From NCBI GenBank assembly GCA_050949045.1, contig JBMNEZ010000001.1:256001-320000 (forward strand): DNA of 64,000 nucleotides. Direction: 5' to 3'. Below the pieces are notes generated by a model. The model searched no databases. It was not told the origin of the DNA and was given only the letters and a program-made list of their open reading frames with translations. Origin of the DNA: Candidatus Izemoplasmatales bacterium. GTDB lineage: Bacteria; Bacillota_I; Bacilli_A; Izemoplasmatales; Hujiaoplasmataceae. Every line of letters begins with the position of its first letter. Positions within the stretch are counted from its first letter, which is position 1. Below, in pieces: positions 1-10,700 of this stretch. Made by a program: the position numbers and the translations under genes.

Positions 1-261
1 ACGTACTTTCAAAAACAACTTAAACCTCTCGAGGTTGAACTGATTCAAAAATGGCTTGACGAGGACAAGTTCGCAGTCCTCGACATCAAGAAGGCCTTAC
101 TCGATGCCGTCAAAGCCAACAAGTTCAATCTCAGCTATGTCGACAGCGTGCTCAGAAAAAGACGGCTCAAGGAGAAAAAAACCACTGAAGTTCGCTATGA
201 TGTCGATAAATCTGAATTGTTGAAAGGTCTCTTTGATTCGTGGGACAAGAAAAAAGAGTAA
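1..261 (+). CDS. dnaD: DnaD domain protein, C-terminal part (5' end outside window)
   Basis: Frame 1 reads FQKQLKPLEVELIQKWLDEDKF...KKALLDAVKANKFNLSYVDSVL, matching the DnaD/DnaB_2 domain; lies directly before nth, the usual Bacillota order. Confidence 0.8.
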   Translation, partial: TYFQKQLKPLEVELIQKWLDEDKFAVLDIKKALLDAVKANKFNLSYVDSVLRKRRLKEKKTTEVRYDVDKSELLKGLFDSWDKKKE

Positions 262-887
262 AACCTGATCCCCAGTTGATTTATCGGAAAATCAGCGAGT
301 TGTATCCTGATGCCGGTTGCGAACTCGATTACGTTACCGAGACCGATTTGCTTGTGGCGATAATACTGAGCCAGCAAGCCACAGATGTTTCCGTAAACAA
401 GCTGACTAAGACTCTGTTTGCCAAGTACAAGACCTTCGCCGACTACGCGCAGGCGCCGCTCGCCGATCTTGAAGCCGATATCCGGGCGATCGGACTCTTC
501 AGAACCAAAGCGAAAAACATCCAGATGGCTTCAAGAATCATCCAAAGCGAATATGGCGGCATTATTCCTATGCAACAGGAACTGCTTGAAAAATTGCCGG
601 GTGTCGGCCGCAAGACCGCCAATGTCTTTTTGGCAGAATGGCACAAGCTGCCGCGAATAGCGGTCGACACCCATGTCAAACGAGTGGCGACGCGGCTTGG
701 TCTTGCAAAAGACAAGGATACTCCGGAAACAGTCGAGAAAAAGTTGATGGAGCACTATCCTCCGTCGGAATGGATCCCTCTTCACCATCGGTTTTTGTTT
801 TTCGGACGCTACTTGTGCAAGGCTCGGAAGCCAGAATGCTGGCGCTGTCCCCTCATTGATGTCTGCCACTACCCCGATCGTTACTGA
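240..887 (+). CDS. nth: Endonuclease III
   Basis: HhH-GPD motif LPGVGRKTAN, VDTHV, and C-terminal 4Fe-4S motif CKARKPECWRCPLIDVC. Confidence 0.95.
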   Translation: MGQEKRVKPDPQLIYRKISELYPDAGCELDYVTETDLLVAIILSQQATDVSVNKLTKTLFAKYKTFADYAQAPLADLEADIRAIGLFRTKAKNIQMASRIIQSEYGGIIPMQQELLEKLPGVGRKTANVFLAEWHKLPRIAVDTHVKRVATRLGLAKDKDTPETVEKKLMEHYPPSEWIPLHHRFLFFGRYLCKARKPECWRCPLIDVCHYPDRY

Positions 888-898
888 TCGGTTTTTTT
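874..898 (+). terminator. Intrinsic terminator after nth
   Basis: ccgatc-N6-gatcgg hairpin followed by T7. Confidence 0.65.
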
Positions 899-1013
899 AT
901 GGTTATTATAACAGTGAATTTTATCAAGTTCGCTTCCTTTTATTTTTTAACATTTCCATATATAATGAGTAAAAAAGCCAATCGATTTTGGCAATTTCTT
1001 ATAGGGGGAAAAA

Positions 1014-2279
1014 ATGACTCACAGACTAGAAGCCGACATTAAACGGCGCAAGGAGGAAATGTACCAATTTTACTTTAAAGGCATTGGCATCTCGATCAAA
1101 AAAAGGCGGCTGGCTTTGAAACTGACACAAGAGGCATTGGCCAAGGGGATCTGCTCTAACACTTACGTGTCCAAAATTGAGAACAACGCCATCGCCATCA
1201 ACAAGGAGAATTTATATTTGTTGATGGAGAAGATGGACATGCCGCTCGAATCGATCGTCTTTCCGGAGGCGATGATCGACATCATGCTTGAGTCGTTCTC
1301 ATGTTTCATTCGCAAGGATTATGAAAGGTACAGGCAAATCTATGAAGATATCGACAAGTATCAGTTTGGCATCCTGATCCAGGTGACAAGATTTGGGTAC
1401 CATATCCTCATGGGCGACGTCGAGAGCGCCAGACCGCTCTATCAGGAGTTGCACCGCTATCTTTGTTCACTTGAACAAAACGGCTTGACGATCTTTGTCA
1501 TCTATGCCTGCTGGTACGATATTCTCACCAGCAATTATAAATCAGCCAAACGGACGTTAGAAATCGCCGGTGACACTTTGTACCGCAACCGCGACATGCT
1601 TGCAATGTGCCATCTGATTGAGTTTATTGTCTATGGACATCTTTATTTTTTCAACAGTGCCAGAAGCAGTTACAATCTGGCAAGAAATTTATTCATGGAG
1701 ACGAACAACATCGCGAGGATATCCGAGATAATGACCTACAGAAACCTTTTCGCACTTTATGAAGGTCGCTTTGACGAAAAGAGCGTTGTCATCAGCGAAC
1801 TCAAATATTTGTCTCCGATCCAGAAAAACCGCTATTTGACGACGATTGCGCTCGAATCGGATAATCCGGAAGCGTTTGAGCCGTATTTCGACCGAGACAC
1901 CGTATACTTCCAAGACTACTTGTTCATCCTCGCTCTTCATTATGAAAAGACGGACCAACAAGAAAAACTCGAACAGACAAAAAAGGCGTTGTCAGCTAAC
2001 TACTACCTCTTGAAAACACCGTTTGATTATCTGAATATGCTTGCCTTGATGCAAGGAAACCAGAATATGGAATTCAAGGAATACCTAGCACAAATCGTGC
2101 TGCCATATGTCATCAAAACGCAGAATATCCACCTGATCATCAAAGTGACAGAGACGATCGTCGGGATTTTGGAGAAACGCAAACGTTATAAAGATGCGCT
2201 TGCCTACCAGGATAAATGCAAGAAAACAATTGCCAGACTACAATCATCCGAACGTCGTTATGACAATAATTTCGCTTAG
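1014..2279 (+). CDS. XRE-HTH regulator with long helical (TPR-like) C-terminus, RRNPP/NprR-PlcR-like
   Basis: LTQEALAKGICSNTYVSKIEN HTH; 421 aa; SD aggggg; TATAAT at 961-966. Confidence 0.75.
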   Translation: MTHRLEADIKRRKEEMYQFYFKGIGISIKKRRLALKLTQEALAKGICSNTYVSKIENNAIAINKENLYLLMEKMDMPLESIVFPEAMIDIMLESFSCFIRKDYERYRQIYEDIDKYQFGILIQVTRFGYHILMGDVESARPLYQELHRYLCSLEQNGLTIFVIYACWYDILTSNYKSAKRTLEIAGDTLYRNRDMLAMCHLIEFIVYGHLYFFNSARSSYNLARNLFMETNNIARISEIMTYRNLFALYEGRFDEKSVVISELKYLSPIQKNRYLTTIALESDNPEAFEPYFDRDTVYFQDYLFILALHYEKTDQQEKLEQTKKALSANYYLLKTPFDYLNMLALMQGNQNMEFKEYLAQIVLPYVIKTQNIHLIIKVTETIVGILEKRKRYKDALAYQDKCKKTIARLQSSERRYDNNFA

Positions 2280-3104
2280 ACTTGTTCGCAAGCGATCATG
2301 ATGCCTTTGGTAATTTGTAGTTCACCATACCTGTTTTGTCGGTTTCGTGATAGATGGTATCGTTCTCGCTTTCGATGTTTCTTTGCATATCTTTACACTC
2401 TCGGTGGGCATTTGCTTATAATTGTGCTTGAAAAGGGTGATATGATATGTTTTTTCGCTACTCAAACAGGCTTTGTCGTTGCCGGACCCGCTATCTGGGG
2501 AGGATGTAATAATAATGCTAAAGGAGGAAAATGCAGTAGTAAACAGAGTTTCAGAGTTTATACAAAGTATGATTGATGATGTTTATATTGAATCCGAATG
2601 GCTGAAACTTCTATAACAGGAATACAACTAACGCTATTATGCGTAAAACTTTTGAAAAATAAAAGTTTTGCGCACAGGATGACTCATGTACCACCGACAA
2701 TCGAAGAAATTGGATGGTATACAATAAAGTAGACACAAAGATAAGAGAATAATTATAATATGTAAATAAAGAGGAAGAGAAAGAAACAGCAAACTGGGGA
2801 AAATCAATTGTTTTCAATACTTAAAAGCTAAATGTCTACTTTCGAAAATGAAAACAATTAAAAAATCCATTATGTATCCACAATTGAAAATGAGTTTTGA
2901 AAGAAAAGTACCCGGGTGTCCACAATCAAAAATATATTTTTATAAAAAACGTTTTTCGTGTCCACCGGACTTGACAAGTACAAATATATAGAGTTGATAA
3001 ATCACAAACACTTGAACAAAAATTCACCAAACGCTTGAACAAAAGTTATACTAATACTTGAAAATATGTTATAATTTCTTTGTTTTAGAAGTGAGGTGAG
3101 ACTT

Positions 3105-4376
3105 ATGAAGAAGTATTTACCAAGGATTATAGATAAATTATTGAGTGATAGATTGGAAGCCAAAGGTGCTGTTTTATTGGAGGGACCTAAATGGTGCGGT
3201 AAGACTACCAGTGCCAAAGAGATTGCAGGTAGTTTTATATCAATGGATCAACCTGAAATGAGTAAGCAGTACCAATCTATGGCTGAACTTTCCCCGCTGA
3301 CACTATTGGAAGGCGAGACCCCGAGGCTAATAGACGAGTGGCAGATAGCTCCGAATTTATGGAATGCGGTTAGATATGAGGTTGATCAGAGAGATGAATT
3401 TGGTCAATTTATTTTAACGGGTTCTGCCGTTCCCGCAGAGATAGATGAGTCTATGCATACAGGAACCGGAAGGATTTCAAGACTTTATATGAGACCTATG
3501 AGTTTGTATGAGTCTGAGGATTCAAACGGCAAAGTTACAATCAGAGACATGTTTGCAAATAAGGAAATATCCGCTAAAAGCGATACTGATTTGGCGAAAA
3601 TAGCATTCCTAATTTGCAGGGGAGGCTGGCCAAAAGCGGTCGGTTTAACCGAAAAACAGGCACTTTTTCAGGCCGTAGACTATTTTGATGCCGTTGTCTC
3701 TACTGACATAAGCAGGGTAGATTCTGTGAGAAGAGATAAAGAAAAAGCAAAAAGATTCCTAAAATCCTATGCAAGGAATGTCGGAACCAGAGCAACCCTG
3801 GAGACTATCAGGCAAGATGTATTGGCTAATCATACCGGTACGTTTGACCCTGTTACACTTTATTCATATAGGGACGCACTAACTAAAATCTTTGTTATTG
3901 AGGATTCACCGGCTTGGAATCCGAATTTGAGGTCTAAGGTTGCTATTAGAACAACAGATGCGAGGTATTTTGTCGATCCTTCAATTGCTACTGCGGCCTT
4001 GCAACTCAGCCCAAAGGATTTGCTGAACGACTTAAACACCATGGGGCTCATTTTTGAAAATTTGTGTGTCCGCGATTTAAGAATATATGCGGACTACCTG
4101 GATGGCAGTATTTATCAGTACAGAGATAGCAAGGGATTGGAATGTGATGCTGTTATTCACTTAAAGGACGGTTCTTATGGCCTGATTGAAATAAAATTGG
4201 GTGGGGACAGTTTGATTGAAGAAGGCGCAAAAAACCTGAAAGATCTGGCCTCAAAGATAGATATAAACAAAATGAAAGAACCTTCTTTTATGCTTGTTTT
4301 GTGCGCCAAAGCTCCGTTTGCCTACCGGAGAAAAGATGGAGTTTATGTAGTTCCTGTAACTTGTTTGAAACCTTAG
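3105..4376 (+). CDS. AAA_14 ATPase with C-terminal DUF4143 (PD-(D/E)XK-like) domain
   Basis: Walker A GPKWCGKTT, Walker B LIDEWQ, FILTGS, C-terminal ECDAVI...IEIK. Confidence 0.85.
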   Translation: MKKYLPRIIDKLLSDRLEAKGAVLLEGPKWCGKTTSAKEIAGSFISMDQPEMSKQYQSMAELSPLTLLEGETPRLIDEWQIAPNLWNAVRYEVDQRDEFGQFILTGSAVPAEIDESMHTGTGRISRLYMRPMSLYESEDSNGKVTIRDMFANKEISAKSDTDLAKIAFLICRGGWPKAVGLTEKQALFQAVDYFDAVVSTDISRVDSVRRDKEKAKRFLKSYARNVGTRATLETIRQDVLANHTGTFDPVTLYSYRDALTKIFVIEDSPAWNPNLRSKVAIRTTDARYFVDPSIATAALQLSPKDLLNDLNTMGLIFENLCVRDLRIYADYLDGSIYQYRDSKGLECDAVIHLKDGSYGLIEIKLGGDSLIEEGAKNLKDLASKIDINKMKEPSFMLVLCAKAPFAYRRKDGVYVVPVTCLKP

Positions 4377-4396
4377 AACGAGAAAGAAGAACAACA

Positions 4397-4752
4397 GTGA
4401 TTCGACCAATTTTAGCTTGTGATGACCCACATAAAACAACTCAAATATTTATCGGTGCTGGTTGGCGCCTTGATTTTTCACAATCTTCTAAATCCGGGAA
4501 TCCATTGGTCGGGATGTCTTTGTTCAATAATTCGGTGTTTTTGGGAATAAGCGACGGATATGTTAATGAGACAGATAAACCGTATTTGGTTGTGAAATTG
4601 AGTTTTATATGAAGGCACCGCAAGAATACTTTAATGACATATACAATCAGCATAGGAGCTTAGGACCAACCGTGATAACACTTCAGCCATGGGAAGAACA
4701 TGCGTTTGTAGTACAAATCGGTCAATTCTAATTTATGATTGCATCAAAATGA
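4397..4752 (+). pseudogene. VOC/glyoxalase-like pseudogene
   Basis: VIRPILACDDP...PYL, frameshift near 4588 into GCEIEFYMK...TLQPWEEHAFVVQIGQF*FMIASK with an in-frame stop. Confidence 0.5.
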
Positions 4753-4889
4753 GTTCAATATCTCGAAAAATAATAGGTGTTTACTGTACATCAAATTTCT
4801 AATTTGTTTTACCCTAAGCCTTTAAACCCTTGATGTCAAACAAAACGCTACACTCGGAAAAACTTGATTTCATGCGGTTCTAGAAATGT

Positions 4890-5423
4890 AAAAACAACCA
4901 AAAACCGTGTTTCATTTAAAATTCTTTCTCCGGAAACAGGTATCTGTTTGTCGGAGCCCATCCATATTATATCGAGATCGGAGTCGGCGGAACCGTGGCC
5001 AAGTTGGTGAAACTTGGGAAAAGGTTTACTTTTTGATCATCGCGGTTGCGGTCATAAAGACTCCGGGACAACAGTGTCAAAACAGCCACGTTTTTTTGTG
5101 GGTATCCGCTTGTCTACCGGGATAACGTCGGGATGATTCCCAAAGAAAAAGAGCACAACTTCCGCCTTCGCAATCTTTGTTTCTACTTTACTCACCGCGC
5201 CAACAGGTTCATAGTTCTCGATAAGACGTATGTCCATTGCCGCAAACACACGATTATGTGTCATGAAAGCCAGTTTGCCAGTGGAGAGGATCTTGGTAAA
5301 ATTCTAAGATATCTTAAGATCAGAAGCCGAATCTTTGGGGCGCTTGGCAAGCATGAAAAAGAAGGTTTCTTTGTCTTTGGAGAAAAGCATCTTCACTCCT
5401 TCCCGGAAGTGAACCGCTACTAA
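4890..5423 (+). pseudogene. PIG-L family deacetylase pseudogene
   Basis: RYLFVGAHPYYIEIGVGGTVAKLVKLGK (family motif AHPDD mutated to AHPYY), frameshifts, C-terminal FYFTHRANRFIV...IMCHESQF. Confidence 0.7.
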
Positions 5424-5433
5424 GGATTTTTCC

Positions 5434-5462
5434 TTGACTTTGTTTTTAAAAACAAGTATAAT
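5434..5462 (+). promoter_or_regulatory. Sigma-A promoter of yceD-rpmF
   Basis: TTGACT-17 nt-TATAAT. Confidence 0.8.
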
Positions 5463-5486
5463 TTACCTGCTGTGCGGGGTGATACC

Positions 5487-5969
5487 ATGAAATATTCGGT
5501 GCTGGAACTCATCAAGCATTACCGGACTGATAATCGTATTGCCTATGTATTTGACGCTGATAATTGTCTTAACGATGATTTTCCCGATCTTGTCGGGATC
5601 TCACCGGTTGTCGTCTGCGGCAGTTTTCAGGTCGACCATGACGATGAGATTTTCACCTTCGACCTTGAGATCACCTGTGGTTTGACAATGCTTTGTGCGC
5701 TGACGCTCGAAGAAGTCAAGGTGCCCTTGTCGTTCAAGACTTCACTGACGTTCGCCTTAAAACAAACTGAAGACTATATGTTGCCTGTGGAAGGCATGAC
5801 GATCGACCTTGATCCCTACATTTTTGCGGAAATCCTCGTCGAGAAGCCTATGCGGGCCGTCAGCGAGAATGCTTATGACCACTACCGGGAAGAAATTGTC
5901 AAATTGGATGAAAACGAGAAACTGAATGATAACCCTTTCGCTAAACTGACAAAAAAATGTGATTATTAG
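5487..5969 (+). CDS. YceD/DUF177 family protein
   Basis: [32 protein letters not shown]; directly upstream of rpmF. Confidence 0.85.
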   Translation: MKYSVLELIKHYRTDNRIAYVFDADNCLNDDFPDLVGISPVVVCGSFQVDHDDEIFTFDLEITCGLTMLCALTLEEVKVPLSFKTSLTFALKQTEDYMLPVEGMTIDLDPYIFAEILVEKPMRAVSENAYDHYREEIVKLDENEKLNDNPFAKLTKKCDY

Positions 5970-5980
5970 GAGGTGAAATC

Positions 5981-6178
5981 ATGGCTGTACCATTTCGCAA
6001 GGTAAGCAAATCCGTAAAGAGGAAGAGACGAACTCACTTCAAGTTGAACGTGCCTGCAATGGTTGTTTGCCCGAATTGCGGAGAAATGACGCTCTCTCAT
6101 CAAGTTTGCAGGAAATGTGGCTACTACAAGGGAAAATTTGTTAAAGAGCCAAAAGCTGAGAAGACGGAAAAAGAGTGA
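5981..6178 (+). CDS. rpmF: 50S ribosomal protein L32 (Zn-ribbon form)
   Basis: [10 protein letters not shown]...RRTHFKL...CPNC...CRKCGYYKG. Confidence 0.97.
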   Translation: MAVPFRKVSKSVKRKRRTHFKLNVPAMVVCPNCGEMTLSHQVCRKCGYYKGKFVKEPKAEKTEKE

Positions 6179-6248
6179 AAGAAAAGAAGCGCTGTGGATC
6201 AGCGTTTTTCTTTTGGCAAATCATGTTATAATACCGGTGGTGATTTTT

Positions 6249-7172
6249 GTGAGCGAACATGTGCCGGTTATGCTTGCCGAAGCGATTGAGTATCTGAATA
6301 TCAAGGCGGATGGCATCTATGTCGATATGACCCTGGGCGGGGGCGGCCACAGCGAGGCGATTCTCAAGCGGCTCGATCAGGGGCGGCTTTTTGCCTTCGA
6401 TCAGGATCGTTATGCCATTGAGCGGGCAAAGAAAAGACTTGGCAAGTACACCAACATCATTTATATCCATGACAACTTCCGTTCGCTTCGTCATCATTTG
6501 ACAAACAATGGAGTCGACAAAGTCGACGGCATCCTTTTCGATCTCGGCGTTTCCTCGTTCCAATTCGATATTCCTGAGAGGGGTTTCTCCTATCAACACG
6601 ACGGTCCGCTCGACATGCGGATGGACGAGAATAACACGCTTGACGCCTTCATGATCGTCAACCAGTACACGGAGAGAGAACTGGCAGAGATCTTGTTTCG
6701 TTATGGAGAGGAGCCCTTTAGCCGTCCGATAGCGAGAAAAATTGTCCAGGCAAGAAGCGCTTCGCCGATCAAAACGACTCTGCAACTCGTCGAAGTGATC
6801 AAAAGTGCCCTACCGGAAAGAATTCTAAGAAAGAAAGGGCATCCGGCAAAACAAACGTTCCAAGCCTTGAGAATCGCAGTTAACGATGAACTGAACGTCC
6901 TTCAAGAGACTCTCATCGAAGCTATCGATTTGCTTGAGAAGGGCGGCAGGCTGGTAACGATCACTTTCCATTCCCTGGAAGATCGGATCGTCAAGACGAT
7001 TTTCAAGGAAAAGTCTACCGTTTCGATCCCCAAAGGCCTTCCCGTCATCGTCCAAGAAACACCGCCTTTGAACCTGCTTACAAAGCGTGTAATCAAACCT
7101 TCGGAAGCTGAAATTCTGGCCAACAATCGCGCTCACAGCGCTAAACTCAGAGCGGTTGAGAAAGCCGATTGA
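6249..7172 (+). CDS. rsmH: 16S rRNA m4C1402 methyltransferase
   Basis: HVPVML, DMTLGGGGHS, DLGVSSFQ, PLDMRMD, TFHSLEDRIVK; GTG start after SD ggtggtga. Confidence 0.95.
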   Translation: MSEHVPVMLAEAIEYLNIKADGIYVDMTLGGGGHSEAILKRLDQGRLFAFDQDRYAIERAKKRLGKYTNIIYIHDNFRSLRHHLTNNGVDKVDGILFDLGVSSFQFDIPERGFSYQHDGPLDMRMDENNTLDAFMIVNQYTERELAEILFRYGEEPFSRPIARKIVQARSASPIKTTLQLVEVIKSALPERILRKKGHPAKQTFQALRIAVNDELNVLQETLIEAIDLLEKGGRLVTITFHSLEDRIVKTIFKEKSTVSIPKGLPVIVQETPPLNLLTKRVIKPSEAEILANNRAHSAKLRAVEKAD

Positions 7173-7187
7173 CATAGTATGTTATTA

Positions 7188-7216
7188 TTGACACCGACTG
7201 GTCTTTGTGATATCAT
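7188..7216 (+). promoter_or_regulatory. Promoter of tRNA cluster
   Basis: TTGACA-17 nt-TATCAT with TG extension. Confidence 0.75.
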
Positions 7217-7232
7217 AATTTTGCGATTTCTC

Positions 7233-7306
7233 GCAGGTATAGTTCAATGGTAGAACATCAGCCTTCCAAGCTGAATATGAGGGTTCGATTCCCTTTACCT
7301 GCTCCA
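7233..7306 (+). tRNA. tRNA-Gly(TCC)
   Basis: Cloverleaf, anticodon loop CT-TCC-AA, GGTTCGATTCC, encoded CCA. Confidence 0.97.
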
Positions 7307-7347
7307 GTTGCATAGACACCCTATGCCGTGCATAGGGTTTGTTTTTT

Positions 7348-7436
7348 GGAAGAGTATCGAAGTGGCTGTAACGAGCTGCACTCGAAATGCAGTCGTCCGC
7401 AAGGGCGCGTGGGTTCGAATCCCACCTCTTCCGCCA
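7348..7436 (+). tRNA. tRNA-Ser(CGA)
   Basis: Anticodon loop CT-CGA-AA, long variable arm, GGTTCGAATCC, CCA. Confidence 0.97.
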
Positions 7437-7439
7437 GGT

Positions 7440-7516
7440 CGAGATGTAGCGCAGTTTGGTAGCGCGCTTGGTTCGGGACCAAGAGGTCGTGGGTTCGAAT
7501 CCCATCATCTCGACCA
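7440..7516 (+). tRNA. tRNA-Pro(CGG)
   Basis: Anticodon stem-loop cttgg-TT-CGG-GA-ccaag, GGTTCGAATCC, CCA. Confidence 0.97.
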
Positions 7517-7788
7517 TTTTTTGTTATTATACTTGATGCTTTTAGGGAAATATTCACAAAATAGCAATGAGATGTAATAGGCGCTAGAATAGGCGTCATC
7601 AAATGATCAGATTGTAAATTCGATATTTTGATATTTCATTATAAGATACCTATATAGCAAGCTTTTGAATTTCTGTTAATAATGGTTGAACGGTTGAAAT
7701 TGTGATATATATATGGTAATAATAAGGTTAGTAATACAGTAACAACGTTTTTAAATAAAAAATTAATAGTATATGGAGGAGACCAGGC

Positions 7789-10700
7789 ATGAAGAAATTG
7801 ATGATTTTTATAGCCATTTTTACTCTTTTGTTTATGACAGCATGTGCAGATTTCACATTACCACAACAACAGACAACAGACTATACGACAGATGTACAAA
7901 CAGATTCTCAGACCCAAAGCACAACAGTTTTGACAACAACCGCGCCGACAACAACCGCGCCGACAACGACGGTGCCGACAACATCGGGGGTAACTACTAC
8001 AACTCAAATTACAACCAAGGCTCTGGATACCGAGTTGACGGTCAAACTAAAGCACATCTATAATTTAGCTTCAGAATCTGGCGCTTTTAGCGGCACTTAT
8101 GAAGACTGGCTGGAGACAGTCAGAGGTCCGAAAGGAGATGACGGGAGGTCAGTTGTCCTCAATGTGTCAGAGGGATATGTCCAATGGAAATACACTGATG
8201 AGGAAGAATGGAATAACCTAATCCCACTAATTTCCATGATCGGTCCGGAAGGAGAACAAGGAGTCGGCATATTAGATGCCGAAATCAATCAATCAGGAGA
8301 ACTGGTCATTACTTTAAGCGATGGTAGTGAAAAAAACCTAGGGAAGATACTAAATGTCTATACAGTTCAGTTTAAAGATGATCAAGGATATTTGATTGAT
8401 GTTCAACTAGTAACATATGGACAAGCCGCAACAGCACCGGAACCACCGGTTAAAGACGGATACACTTTCAGTAATTGGGACAAAGCGTTTACGGAAATTA
8501 AAGAAAACACAGTAGTAAAAGCTGTCTATTCACTAAACAAATGCAGAGTATCCTTTGATTCGGCAGGCGGAAGTGAAATTTCGGATATCTTGGTAGAAAA
8601 GGGTAAATCAATAATCTTGCCTGTAATCACAAGGGAAGGCTATCTGTTTGCTGGCTGGTTCACGGGGAACGGACCCAATGATGTCCAGTTTTCACATGTA
8701 TTTCCTGTTCTACAAGATTTAGAATTAGTTGCAAGATGGATTTGTATGCAATATACTCTTTCTTTTGAAAGTAACGGGGGCTCACCGGTTGCAAGCATAA
8801 CCCAAAATATAGGAACAACCGTAACGAAACCGACGGATCCAACAAAAGAAGGATATTCATTTGATGGATGGTATAGCGATGAATCGCTTACTACAGCGTA
8901 TAGATTCACAACTATGCCTGCAGAAAATATCACATTATACGCGAAATGGAATCCAATCATATATGGAATCACATATGTATTAGATAATGGGATCAATGGA
9001 GCCAACCCATCAGACTACACTATTGAAACAGCAAAAATTATATTGGCTGATCCAACAAAAGAAGGTAATACGTTTAATGGTTGGTTTAATAATGCGGAAC
9101 TAACGGGTTCACAGATAACAGAAATTCCACAAGGAACAACGGGAGATATAACACTTTATGCGAAATGGACAGTCAATCAATACACTATCTCTTTTGAAAG
9201 TAACGGGGGTTCACCGGTTGCGAGCATAACACGAAATTTTGGAACAACAGTAAGAAGGCCAATGGCAACAAAAACAGGCTATACATTTAGAGGATGGTAT
9301 AGCGATGAATCACTTACGACAATATATACTTTCACAACTATGCCAGCTGAAAATATCACACTTTATGCGAAATGGAGAATCAATCAGTATAACATTAACT
9401 ATTTCATATTTGACAATTTCGATAACTGGTTAGAAACAGGAGAAACGATTGTCTCTGTCTCATTGGGGGATAATTCTCCCTCAGCCCTTACTTCCTCAGG
9501 CAGAGTCTTCACATGGGGGCGAAATTTTTTTGGTCAACTTGGCGATGGCACAACTAATAATAGATTCATCCCAACAGAGATCACTTCAGGGTTCGCTTTG
9601 AGCGAAGGAGAAACGATTGTCTCTGTATCGATTGGAACTATGCATTCCTCAGCCCTTACTTCCTCAGGCAGAGTTTTCATGTGGGGAGATAATCAATTTG
9701 GTCAACTTGGCGACGGCACAACAGACGATAGATTCACTCCAACAGAGATCACCTCAGGGTTCAATTTGAGCGAAGGAGAAACGATTGTCTCTGTATCGAT
9801 TGAAAATATGCATTCCTCAGCCATTACTTCCTCAGGCAGAGTCTTTATGTGGGGAGATAATCGATTTGGTCAACTTGGCGATGGCACAACAGAAAATAGA
9901 TCCACTCCAACAGAGATCACCTCAGGGTTCAATTTGAGCGAAGGAGAAACGATTGTCTCTGTGTCATTGTGGGGTAATTTTTCCTCAGTCCTTACTTCCT
10001 CAGGCAGAGTGTTTATGTGGGGACATAATCGATATGGTCAACTTGGCGACGGCACAACAGAAAATAGATTCACTCCAACAGAGATCACCTCAGGGTTCGA
10101 TTTAAGCGAAGGAGAAACGATTATCTCTGTGTCATTGTGGGGTAATTTTTCCTCAGTCCTTACTTCCTCAGGCAGAGTGTTTATGTGGGGACATAATCGA
10201 TATGGCCAACTCGGCGACGGCACAACAGAAAATAGATTCACCCCGACAGAGATTACCTCAGGGTTCGATTTGAGCGAAGGAGAAACGATTGTCTCTGTAT
10301 TGTTTGGAGCTATGCATTCTTCAGCCTTTACTTCTTCAGGCAGAGTCTTCACATGGGGGCAAAATGATCTTGGTCAACTTGGCGATGGCACAACAGACAA
10401 TAGATTCACCCCAACAGAGATCACTTCAGGGTTCGCTTTGAGCGAAGGAGAAACGATTGTCTCTGTATCGTTAGGAAGTTATCATTCTTCAGCCCTTACT
10501 TCCTCAGGCAGAGTCTTCATGTGGGGATCAAACAATAACGGTCAACTTGGTGATGGCACAACAGACAATAGATCCACCCCAACAGAGATCACCTCAGGGT
10601 TCGATTTAAGCGAAGGAGAAACAATTGTCTCCTTATCGTTGAGAAATATGTATTCCTCAGCTCTTACTTCCTCAGGCAGAGTTCTTATGTGGGGGTCAAA

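Noticed and set aside
2870..2985. DnaA-box cluster or IS3-family end (gtatccaca, gtgtccaca, gtgtccaccggacttgacaagtaca)
   Set aside because: Boxes are imperfect and few, and no partner IR or transposase is visible
4950..5130. Possible structured ncRNA or T-box (ggcggaaccgtgg, several hairpins)
   Set aside because: The same bases translate as the PIG-L motif GAHPxxIEIGVGGTVAKL; no specifier stem or terminator is present
7185..7602. ORFs overlapping the tRNA cluster
   Set aside because: Shadow translations of tRNA genes
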